A stretch of DNA of 63,870 nucleotides, counting the filler, from Choristocarpus tenellus KU-1152 (taxonomy: Eukaryota; Protista; Phaeophyceae), in NCBI GenBank assembly GCA_964200185.2. It is 11 parts of 11 records of this genome, joined end to end, with 100 filler letters (N's around TTAATTAATTAA, not from the genome) between each part and the next. Parts side by side here need not be neighbours in the genome. Positions count along the whole stretch, not along the records: positions 22,909 to 25,528 come from CAXNAD020026208.1; positions 25,629 to 30,779 come from CAXNAD020011700.1; positions 30,880 to 36,717 come from CAXNAD020009635.1; 8 more parts are not named here. One strand, 5' to 3'. The notes below the pieces were generated by a model. It made no database searches and was not told the origin of the DNA. It worked only from the letters and a program-made list of their open reading frames with translations. How positions within the stretch are numbered: the first letter of the stretch is position 1; every line of letters begins with the position of its first letter. This document shows, piece by piece, positions 25,451 through 36,703 of the stretch. A program made the translations under genes and the position numbers.

Positions 25451-27299
25451 GTGAGAGGCGATTATTGGGGGGGGGGGGGGGGGGGGCGCGGCGGGGGGGT
25501 GACAGAGGAGGGGATATAGGGAGAAAATNNNNNNNNNNNNNNNNNNNNNNNNNNNNNNNNNNNNNNNNNNNNTTAATTAATTAANNNNNNNNNNNNNNNN
25601 NNNNNNNNNNNNNNNNNNNNNNNNNNNNGCCTATAGATGATACTGATGCACGTATAGGACTCCTGATGCACAAGTCGTCAAGTATGCTGAATCTCTCACT
25701 TGGATTATCGTAAATATCATGGAATAAAAGGAACTGATCAACGATGTCTTATCACAATCGGAGACCATAATGACCGAATAATAAATAAATATCATGAAGT
25801 ACAAATATATCAAATCTAGAACTTCCATGTCATAATGGTGTTTATGAAAACGCCATCAAGACATATCGCCTGTAACAGAAGGCTTTGATGGTGAGACGAT
25901 CAACATGACCCACCTCAGGCAGAACTTCTTTCATTTGGATACCCCCCACCGCTCCTCCTGCACACATTGCCATTACGACAAAAACAACAGCAACAAACAG
26001 TACACCCAGCACCAATAGGACCTCCTTAGATGAGGCCGTTGCTTTCCCTACGGTGCCTTACCATCAGAAGCTGCTGTCGCACCTCCATTGAAATTATCAC
26101 TATCGGACCCTCCACCATAGCCGTGATATGGTGCTCTTGGGCATATAGGGGATGAGGGGATGGGTACAGGACTAATCCTTCCCCTGAGGATCTGAGAGAC
26201 ACCTTTGGATTCAAATTTGATTGGAATAACTTGTGGGTCAGCAGGGGGTGGGATCACTGGTTTATGACGCAGGGTAGCTACTTTACATTGACACTTCCTA
26301 ACAAATACGATAGCCAAAATTACATCATAATCGCAACATTGGATTTTCGTCCCCAAACTGACACGGGTCGAGCCTCTAAGATACTTCTACTCTTGGTGTG
26401 CTTTTCCCCCACAATTATACTATTAATTGGCACCCTTTTACGCGATGTCTGATGGACTTGTGCGTGTAAGAATTACAGAACAAAATGGGACTGAAGGGTC
26501 GTGAAGAGGACATCATGGGACGAGACATTTTGTGTTTAACATTTATCTACCAAATATGTGCAGAAAGTATGCATGGCCACTCATTGCAACCTGCTTCAGG
26601 TGGTATCTTTTCTGTTACCTTTCTTGGCAGCCTCCCATGCATCCACCTCCAGGTGCTGTGCAGAAAGACAAAGAACTGCACATTTTTGGGGTCAAGCCTG
26701 TTTGTGTAGCAGGAACGCCCAATACGGAGTGGGCAAGATTGGCCACGCACGGAAATATTACATTTTGAGCTTTCCCGCCTCCACTTGAGTGGGTTGTTGT
26801 AAGCTCTGCTTTTCATATCAATTTTTGGGAGCCTTCCTGCGAACTTGAAGGCATCAAACCTCTCCAGGTGCTGCTTCCTCCATGTGCTCCCTGGGCGGGT
26901 GTTACAATATCCCACCGCCACCGCCTGAACTTCCCCCACACAAATCCTAGGGAAGTTCTTACGAACTCATTGTGTCTTTTTAAACTTTCAAAAGAGTGTG
27001 GTGTATGCCCTGATGTAGAAGAAGTTGGTACACAAGAAAGATGGAGTAATAAAATATCCGTTGTTGCAGTTCTTCGCCAGGAATTGAACCTTACGTAGCA
27101 AATAGTTTTACAAAAAAAAGTGTAACCAATTCATTAAATTAATCAAAAAAAAAATCTAGTAATATTCTTAAAGAAAGAGAATTTAATAGTGATCCAGTAT
27201 GGTCATCAATTTCAAATCATGAAGGGTCGATGAAACACCTAAACTTCCTTACCGATCATGAAAAGATGTTTTCAAAAACTGGATAATGGAGGGAGGAGG

Positions 27300-28040
27300 C
27301 CCTATCCAACAGGTGTCCAGTGGCAGGGTGCAGGAGGCAAAATGTTGATACCAGACATACCTGTACCTGCCCCAGGGCAGCAGGACAGGTACGACAGCAC
27401 ACTTCAATGGTGAAACGCCTGCACCAACTATACAAGGGGATGGGCATCCCTTGCACTATGGACAGGAATCTTCACATGGATCTGGTGTTCCATGTTGGGG
27501 CACTGGCGGACGCCGGAACAGCCCCCTACCGGGACAAAGACCTTCTGCTAGATGAGGAGGCGCGAAAGAGCACCCACTACGAGGGCTCTTTTGATCCTCG
27601 TAGATATAACCTCAACAACTTCGTGGTGGAAAGTTTTTGGCACCTCGGCAAGCAAGCGGATTGCTTCCTGGATGAGCTGGCCCCTCATATGGTAGGGGGG
27701 AAAGGAGCGGGAGGATATACCAGGAAAGGAGTAGTTGAATCTCGGTGGCACTGTCTAGATGGGTCATGCGTTTTAAGCCGGAATCACCAGGGAGATGGGC
27801 ATGGATGGGTTTCTTGGATTCTTGGGATGCCTCCCTAGCTCCTCCCCCCAGGGCACAGGTATAGATAGATTGGAGACACAGCAAGGTAGTAGTACAACAT
27901 AGTGATGAAGTAACAAATGGATTAGTGTCTTTCACATTTATGGCATTTTATTTCTTTAGGGCTCATACTGACAATGTGTATCATTTTCATTGGTTTCCCC
28001 CCAGACACATCTCCAAAATGTCAGAGGGCATAATAATAAA
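27300..28040 (+). mobile_element. 5'-truncated, decayed non-LTR retrotransposon of the restriction-like-endonuclease (RLE, CRE-like) type
   Basis: Translation shows a CCHC-like knuckle (CRRQNVDTRHTCTCPR...H), a MDLVF...DLLLD core and EARKSTHYEGSFDP...FVVESFWHLGKQADCFLDELA, typical of RLE domains. It is followed by a 3' UTR shared with other copies and a 3' terminus ...GACACATCTCCAAAATGTCAGAGGGCATAATAATAAA. Confidence 0.8.
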
Positions 28041-29059
28041 AATAGTGCTAAAATGTCATAATGGGCATAACAATAAATAGTGTTAAAATAGAGAACATAT
28101 TATATGGATGTGTCTTTAGATTGAATAGTATGTTTTCAGGGATCCTTGTGGTGCAGGTTTAGCACTTCCCTTCACAAAAATACAAAATATTCAGAGGACA
28201 ACATATTGAGGGGTCGTTTGGAACAGTTGGAATCATTGGCAGACAAGTTCTTCAGACTGAAGGGGATCACGAAGACCCACAGAAGGAATGGAAGGGAGAA
28301 AGACAAGGCAAGCGGGTGAGCAAACCTCATATAATCACTCAACGAAGGAGATAAGAAGGAAAGTGAATGAGGGAGGATTGTAAGCTCCACTCAACTACCC
28401 GATATTGACATCATCAGGAAACAATGCTGATGTTATACGAAGAAACAGACCTTGAGGTAAATCTTCTAAATGAAGTCCTTAAAAGGTATACCTTGACCGG
28501 AATGTGACTATCACACATCCTTGTGATGTAACATTGGTTTTGGTTTTTCCTGAGACACGTAAAAAGTTTCAGAGGGAATAACAACAGGAAAGCTTACGAA
28601 GTAATCTGAGTTTTGTGGATGTGAGAATTCGCAAGGAGATGAGTATAGTAGCCTAAGTCCTGGCAAGGGAAAGAAAAAGGAGGGTAGATGAAGAGTTAAA
28701 GACTGGATAGCTGGGACCAGATCGTGTGATCAAGAATTGAGAAGGAAGTGAGTGATAGGAGAAGGAATAAGGTAGGAATCACTGGGGGAGAACAAAAGGT
28801 AGAAGTCAAGGACAGATATAGGAGGACAAGAAGGGGCAAGATCAAGGCAACCTCAGAGCAATCTTTCCCGCCCACCCACCCTTCTGATTGCTCACAATTG
28901 AGTGGGATGTTGGGGGGGGGGGGAGGTCAAGTTCAGGCAGGGTATTGGAGTTGATGATTGGGGGGTGTTCTTGGATGAATGTAGAGTGTTGTGTTGTGTT
29001 GTGTTGTGATGTGGTGTAAACCATTGTAAGGTGGAGAGCGCTGTGAAGGAAGGTGGAAT

Positions 29060-29313
29060 GAGTCAAAGCAAAGGAGAGGTATCCAGAGTTGCATTTTAAG
29101 GATGCTGACAAATATGAGCAAAATTCGTCGTTTTTACAAGCATGTAAAGGATACTTTGTAAATTGTGTCGGAAGGGTTTCAAAAAATAGAGAAATAAACG
29201 CACTCAAGTAAAACTTATAACTTCACCCATAGAAATATTGGTGAATTGCAAAAGAAAAAAGATTTACAATGCAAATCGGTCAAAACCTGGGTACCTCTGG
29301 TTTACTTTAGCTC
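29060..29313. mobile_element. MITE family C (~255-270 bp); second copy 40489-40756, partial ~39105-39242
   Basis: TIR GAGTCAAAGCAAAGGAGAGGTATCCAG...CTGGGTACCTCTGGTTTACTTTAGCTC. Internal GAGTTGCATTTTAAGGATGCTGACAA is shared with the 40489 copy. Confidence 0.8.
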
Positions 29314-29518
29314 AGTGTTGTAGAGTGTGGTGAAGGAAGGTGGAGTGAAAATTGACCACATTGGTTGGTGATCGGACACGTAAAAATAGGCCGCATTGGT
29401 TGACCATTGGATATGTGGAAAGTGGGTGCATTAATTGGTGACTGCATACTACGTGGAAAATGATCGCATTCAATGTGCTGAAATTGCCTTCATTGGTTGG
29501 TGACTGGACACGTGGAAA

Positions 29519-29777
29519 GAGCCAAAGTATCTTAGAGGGTAGAGCTGCGTCCATTTGGGGGCCAAAATCCAATGTTGCGGTTTTGATGTAATTTTGGCTG
29601 TTGTGTTTGTAGGAAGCGTAAATAACCTTGTTCTGGACACACCTTTTCATAACATATACATTTTACCTACTCCTAAATATTTTGAAGTAGGAAAATGTCA
29701 TAAAAACCCGTGGGAATCCAAGCCCTAAATGGACAAACAGGGAAAAAAACCCCGTACCCTCTAAGATAATTTCACTC
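29519..29777 (-). mobile_element. MITE family A, full length, 4-bp TSD GAAA
   Basis: GAAA at 29515-29518 and 29778-29781. Removing the element and one TSD restores a unit of the local degenerate repeat (GACTGGACACGTGGAAATTGGGC...). Confidence 0.9.
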
Positions 29778-30879
29778 GAAATTGGGCACATTTGGATAAG
29801 CAGAAATTGTCTGCTGTGGTTAGCGACTGGAAGTACCGAAAGTAACCACCATGTTTGGTGACTGGATATGCGGGAGAGTTGCCTCTGCGGTTGTTGACTG
29901 GATACACGAAAAATGGATGCATAATTGCGTGGATTAACAATGATTGTGTGGGGAGAGAAGGAAGAAGTGGTGTGACATTGGTGGAGGAGGAGTAGAGTGG
30001 ATGAAGGGGTAAGATGAGACTGACTAACTAATCTAGAATTCCTGACCAAAGCGAAAAATGGGTTGCGATCCTGTACAATAATTAAAATACAATAAATCAA
30101 ATATAATAAATAAAATACAATATGTAATTTTGTACTACTGGTCGTTGTCTTTCTTTCTCTTGTCTACTTGTCTATTTTTCTGTGCATTCCATCCAGATCA
30201 TTCAATCCACACAAATGCGGAAAGGTTTGGAGGACCAAAGTAACACTGATAGATCAATATGACGTCTTCCTCGACACATCTGCAAAGTATCAGAGGTTAT
30301 GGTAATAATAGCCACTGGAAGGCAGTGATCCAGGATAACTCGTAGTGAAATAGTAAATAGGTGAATGTCTTTAACATTTTACAATAACTACGACGTTTTT
30401 AGAGATTTTTCTGACATGTGAATAGTTTTCATGGTTTTTTCCCTGACTTATCTCCAAAATGTCAGAGGGTGTAATACTATAATAATATGTCGATATAAGA
30501 GGTAGTTAAGACAAAAATCGGCGGGTTGGCTATTTTAAGATAAATCGGAGATTCCGCCAACCAGATATGGGGTGTGTAGTTGGATATTATTTTACGATCA
30601 TACAATCTCCAGTGTTGTATTTATATTTTTTTCCTCTCGAACTTTTTGTGTCATGATCCAAAAGATATACCACTACGATTAAATCGGGTAGATAAAAAAA
30701 TCAAATGGAATCGAATTCATCTATATAACACGCCACATTGTGAAGTGCCACGCAGTACGGCCAGGGGGTCAGATTATCTNNNNNNNNNNNNNNNNNNNNN
30801 NNNNNNNNNNNNNNNNNNNNNNNTTAATTAATTAANNNNNNNNNNNNNNNNNNNNNNNNNNNNNNNNNNNNNNNNNNNN

Positions 30880-31112
30880 GTTTCATATACAACTAGTTGT
30901 ATTGGTCATGATGATTATCGTAGTTCTGTCGGTCGTTCGTTCCCTCATTCTATGTGTATGGATAGTCTTACCTTTCCTGAGACTGCTACATACTGAATGT
31001 ACAATTATTTGTCGTTTCATATACAACTAGTTGTATTGGTCATGATGATTATCGTAGTTCTGTCGGTCGTTCGTTCCCTCATTCTATGTGTATGCATAGT
31101 CTTACCTTTCCT
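30880..31112. repeat. Near-identical 99-bp direct repeat, period 134 bp
   Basis: 30880-30978 vs 31014-31112, one mismatch seen. Confidence 0.9.
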
Positions 31113-34100
31113 ACAGTAGTAGTATCTATTTTTGAATCCTTTCCCCCTTCCTATATTTCTGGTTTTCAGAGATTATAATCCATACATGCACTATTTCATT
31201 ATAACTTCACATATTTTATGTATTGTATGTCTATGTTCCAAATTCTACTGTACCGTATGCAAGACTCACGTATCAGAGTAGTACCCTAATAGATTTGTTG
31301 TTGATGGAATGGAGAACGGAAGGGTGGAGTAACCTTCACCTTAACAACCTTTTCCTATGTCGTTGAACTCCAATGCCTCAGCACAGGATCCTTTCTACGC
31401 GGTTAGAGAGTGAGTGGCAATCCGCCTGGAGTTGGGTATCCTTTTCTTATCGATTTGTCTTTCGGTCAGGAAAAGCTGTGTGGCTTTGACCTTCTTGGTC
31501 AGTTCCTCGTTGTTTACATCCAATCGTATTTCGAAACGAAACGTACATGGTGGAGTGCTACTGCATCAACCCTACTCTCTAAGTAAATTGCATATGATTG
31601 CTGAGAATGATAGTGGTGCTGGTTTGCTGTGGCGTAGCAAAGGCTGTGTGTTCATGTTTCTTTTTCTCCTGTCCTCTCTCACCGTTGAACCTTTCTTCAC
31701 ATCGTTCCGCTGAAAGTGCCAACTCTCAATATAGCGTTTATATCCTTGGAACTCAATTGAACCCCAATTGGAGCAGCTGATGTCGACCTCGTTTATCACT
31801 CCTCTTACCAACCTTTCGTGCAGTGAGGTGTCGGCTAAGGTAGAATACATAAAGGTCAGACTTCAGCGTTTCAATGACCTCCTTCTCAACACCAACACTT
31901 CCATCAACAAGGATTTCCGGGACCTGCACGATGGTGAGTTCCAAAGAGGAGGTTTTCTTATCTGTTTTCTATAAATTCGACCGTATTTGGATATCTTCTT
32001 TGTATTTGGGACTCCTTAGCCATGAGGTACTCAAAGCTCTAACATTATTCCTCGGGGAGGCAACATATGCTCTGGGAGGACGGGACATGAAGATATTGAA
32101 CGATGCTGTATCGCTAGCTCAGACATTAGAGGGTGGTGAAATGAATCTACCGATCTCGTGTGTGAACATGGTCGGACACCTGGAGAACTGCCGCATGTAC
32201 TGTCAACATCAAACCTCTTTCCCCCCCTTTGTTTTGCCCTCCCCTCATTTAAAAATGATGATACTTATTGTTATCGCTACTATAGGTTTGAAGCAAGAGG
32301 TGAAGACTACGGACTCGCAGCTGAGAGATCTGGGGAGAACAGTGCAATATGTGGAAAACAACCGGAGTTCCTTTCCACACATTGACAATGTAAAGAGAGC
32401 AAGAGCACCCGTCTGTAGCAAGAAATGTATAGGTGGGGTTGGCACTGTTATGTACTTATATTGAGGTAGGAACCATCTGGGGCTGGTTGACTGCAGTGGA
32501 TTTGACGTTTTCCGAGGCTCTTGTAGATCACAATGAACCCCGTAAGTTTCTATGATGAAAATAATTGAACTGGAGCATCTTAAGTAGGGCCAGGGTTGTG
32601 TAACTAGGTAAGGGCAGTCAAGTGGTAGGGTCACTGTATGGGGTAGGCTGTCTGTGCTATGTGAAAATCACCATGAACCGGACGAAACTGAAAGCCCTAG
32701 CCATTCCATCTGGAGTTTAGCCTATGGAAGGTACTATGAAAGAGTGGTAAGGGGAGGGGGGGTTCTCTCTTCAACTAAATGGGCTATTGGTATTGCGATG
32801 CGGACTGGGCAGTGATTTATTCTACTTTCGCCACAGACGTGCCCTCTAACAGCCAAGGGTTTTATTGAGTGTAGAGTCGTAGACCAGGAATTGTGTTGTC
32901 TTGTTGAGGGGAAGATATGTTGTTTGAAAGAAGTGGACGCAATACTAAAACCATATTTCTGTAGGAATATACGTGCACTAGAACTTGAACTGGATCGCGC
33001 CAGACCTTTCCACTAAGATTTTTGAGATTGAAGATTTAGATAATAATTTTTTTGAATATGCGGCGAGAACAACAAGAAAGCAAGACCCTACATCATGCCT
33101 TTTTTGATAGAATAGAGAGCTTCATCTCATTGCATCAATTGCATGCAGTACTGGCTGCACATAATTCCCAGCTTCCTCCCCCTCTCTTCCCCTCGTATCC
33201 CCCTGATCCACCATTATTGCATGGGTCTTGTCTTCTTCCATCTTAGACACAACTCTTTGAAAGTGGTGTACACTCTTATTCGTATTTGTGTTTTGTCACT
33301 GAGCATAGTGTGTGCATGTTTAAGGAGTATACTCAAGTTTTCCCCCAGTCCCCCAGTTCCCTCCCTCCCCCCCTCCCAGTACATGTCTGGTTGAATAAAT
33401 TATCTTTCTGCCAGGTTGTTCGGCGTTTTGGTTTGACATGGAGCAATCCACTGTATCGCCTTATAATCATGCCATGCGTATTGTGCAATGATCCATCTCC
33501 AGGCGGATCTGTCGGAGCGAAAAACTTTTCTTTTGGATGCAAAGCGGGCGTTGCTCGAGGCTAGGGATCAGCTGGAGGGGTCGCGGACAATGGGAAAAAT
33601 TGCCGATGATGAAAATCTGGTGAGGGGATAGATACTGCTTGCTTGGATTGCTTCTTCCTTCATTCTGTCAGGGGAGGGGGGGGGGAGGGGGGGGGGGGGA
33701 GTGCCATCTCTTCAGGGGCTTTTGTCGGGCCCAGCAAATGTGGCCAGTCAAGGTTGTCCCAACCAATCTGGTTAGGTTCCAATGTTTTTTTATTTCTAGA
33801 CCAGCTGCACTGAGTATTGGAACCTGCACAGTCTGAAGTCCAGACAAATTTGTCCTATTTTCTGATGTGTTAGGACCAGGGCTGTCAGAGATTCTAAATG
33901 GACTGGGTTTGCAGGCTGATCTGTGTCTGTGTTAGACCATAGATGGTATAGAGCCGGCCCGGTCTGTGCTACGTTTAATTGATTGTATTGGTGCAATTGG
34001 AGGTAGCTGGAGGCGCATATGTAACATATGGATGTATATATTTGGGACAATTTGGGGGTCAACCTCGTGTGTTTTAACTGGGTCGGTCCAGGTAAAGTTA

Positions 34101-34774
34101 AACCTTTATTCATAATTGTTGAATACTTGAACATGGCCAGGGTGCGGGCTGACCCTCACGGAACGAATATGTTTTAAAAGGATTGGTCAATGGCTGTCTA
34201 GTGTTTCAAAAGTGGTTGGGCCCACGGCCATGGGGTGGATGCTTGGGTCGTATTCTATTCTTTTCTGAATTGACGGGAAGCCCTGATGACGTTGTCCTTT
34301 TGAAGGTAAACCTTCCACCTGCTTGAGCGAAGTGATTTGGTACTCTTACTAAAGCCGATTTGAGGGAGCCTGTGTGAGGATGTCTCTGCAACTTCAGCGA
34401 CCCTGGTCTTTGACAAGACTCGAAACTCTCAACCCCCCCCCCCCCCCCCCCCCTACTATCTTTAATATTTTAACAAAAAAAAAAACAATGAAACAAAAAA
34501 CAGCGATCCTTTTTCTTTCTTTTTTTTNNNNNNNNNNGACTCGAAACTCTCAACCCCCCCCCTCCCCCCCGTCTTGTTCTATTGATTTGATTCCAAAGAA
34601 CAAAGGAGTTTTCGAAAAGGCTCTTTCCTTTTTCTTTTTCTTTTTTTCCGACTGCGTAGTACGGCAAAACTAAAATAAATAAGTATACCTATGTAAACCT
34701 CGTGATTCTGCACCTGCACCTGCACCTGTTGAACTAATTGTGAAGCTGGTGGTGATGAGATATACTGGGAGTTA

Positions 34775-35205
34775 GATTGGAAACTTGTCGGCGGTTGGAA
34801 TGGCATGATATAGTAGTGTTTAGGTTGGAAGTGTGTCAGTGGTTTGAATGGCATGATATAGTAGTGCTTAGGTTGGAAATATGTCAGTGGTTTGAATGAC
34901 TTGATACGGTAGTATTTAGGTTGGAAGTATGTCAGTGGTTTGAATGACATGATATAGTAGTATTTAGGTTGGAGGCGTGTCAGTGGTTTGTTTGAATGGC
35001 ACGATAGAGTAGTATTTAGGTTGGAAGTATGTCAGTGGTTTGAATGACTTGATATAGTAGTATTTAGGTTGGAAATATTTCAGTGGTTTGAATGACTTGA
35101 TATAGTAGTATTTAGGTTGGAAGTATGTCAGTGGTTTGAATTACTTGATATAGTAGTATTTAGGTTGGAAGCGTGTTAGTGGTTTGAATGACATGATACA
35201 GTAGT
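34775..35205. repeat. 48-bp minisatellite, about 9 copies
   Basis: Unit AATGrCwTGATATAGTAGTrTTTAGGTTGGAArTrTGTCAGTGGTTTG. Confidence 0.93.
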
Positions 35206-36145
35206 TTTTATGTCCCAATACGGGAGTAGTTTGAAGTAATTTGAAGATCTTTTTTGGGTAGTAGTGGTCTTTATTGTTCTTTGTAATATTTTTGAGGTTG
35301 AAGCTGTAGGGATGTGAAACGGGGAGTATAATAGTGTACAGTTGTGAGCGTGTTGAAGTTGAAGCTGAAGTCGAATTTGAATTTGAATTTGAATTTGAAG
35401 CAAATATGGGGAAGAGCTATTGCGACGGCTCTACTTTTCATTGCGGTAGGTGTTTCAGATGGCAATGGTGAGCCTTACCTTCTTCTTTCTTGCTAAGAGG
35501 ATTGAAGTAGGAGTACGTGGGCACCATCTAGCGTTTTGATAGGCCTGCACAATCAATTATTTTTATTGGTTTGATTCGAAGTATAGTCCTTGGTGTTGCA
35601 GGTAGATGTTTGGTCCGTATGGAGCAAACTACACCCTTTGATTTTGTTCCCATATGACAAATGTAATTCTTGTATTTGCGCAATACAGACAGGGGTGCGT
35701 TGTTTATTGTGCTCTTCAAAGTGTTTTTTTTTGTTTAATGTTTTAGTGGTTTTTTGTTCCAGGATTTTCAATATGCCGTGCTTCAATGTATTGGGTCAAA
35801 CACCTCTTTAGGTGTAGGGGTGTGTGTGAAAACACCCCAACAAGTTGAGTTGAAGACGATGCCCTTTAAATAATCGAGCGTGCTGATTGGTTGAAAAGGG
35901 GAATTTTGCGCAGTGTGATTGGTCTAATGTCGTAAATCGCGCACAAGAACAGGGTTATACCTGTAACATGGTCTATACCCTTGAAAGTACAAAATTGTAC
36001 AGTGCCTGATTGGGAATTTGCATCCCATGTCTTTTGATTTGAGCCTCCCCCTCTCAGCCAAGTTCGCAGCATTATTCACGTTCTTGGTGCCATTCGTAAT
36101 TTCTTATTTCGCTGGCAGTGCGATGGTTTCGGTCTTTCCGTCCCT

Positions 36146-36189
<44 letters not shown>

Positions 36190-36651
36190 TTCCTTCTTTT
36201 TTCCGTTTTTGTGGCCTTCCTTATTTTTTTTTTCCGTGGGCGGGGGGGGGGTTTGGTTTTTCCCGCCCCTCCCCCCCCCCCCCCCCCCCTCATTCTCCTC
36301 CTGTCCCCTGTTTTAGTTTTTTGTCTTGATGTATCTTGGTGTTGATGCAGTCTAATAAAATGATGATGATGTAAAGACATCACGAAGAGTGGTGGTAATA
36401 GGGATAATATTTGTATTGGCGATTAATGATAACCTCTTAGCACTGATAATAACAATAGTAATACTGAGAATTATTGTAACAACAACAGTAACCCTAACCC
36501 TAACCCCATAATACTTTCAAAATTCGCACTAACATAGAATAGGACTGCTGTATGCCACACAACGAGTAACTGTGAGTCCCCCCCCCCTCCTCCTCCTCTC
36601 ACTTTTTACCTACGATGATAATAGTTTACTCTCATCTGTCTCTTCTCTGCC

Positions 36652-36703
<52 letters not shown>

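Noticed and set aside
34417-34570. Direct repeat GACTCGAAACTCTCAACCCCCCC flanking a 10-N gap
   Set aside because: Most likely a scaffolding overlap artefact with noisy sequence after a homopolymer.
34775-35205. Regular ~48-bp array as a CRISPR or a 16-aa repeat protein (KPLTYFQPKYYYIM)
   Set aside because: No unique spacers, eukaryotic context and no cas genes; a 4-bp insertion breaks the frame, so it is a minisatellite.
36489-36507. (CCCTAA)3 telomere-like repeat, with similar traces near 40268 and 53060
   Set aside because: Too short and internal to be a telomere; only weakly informative.
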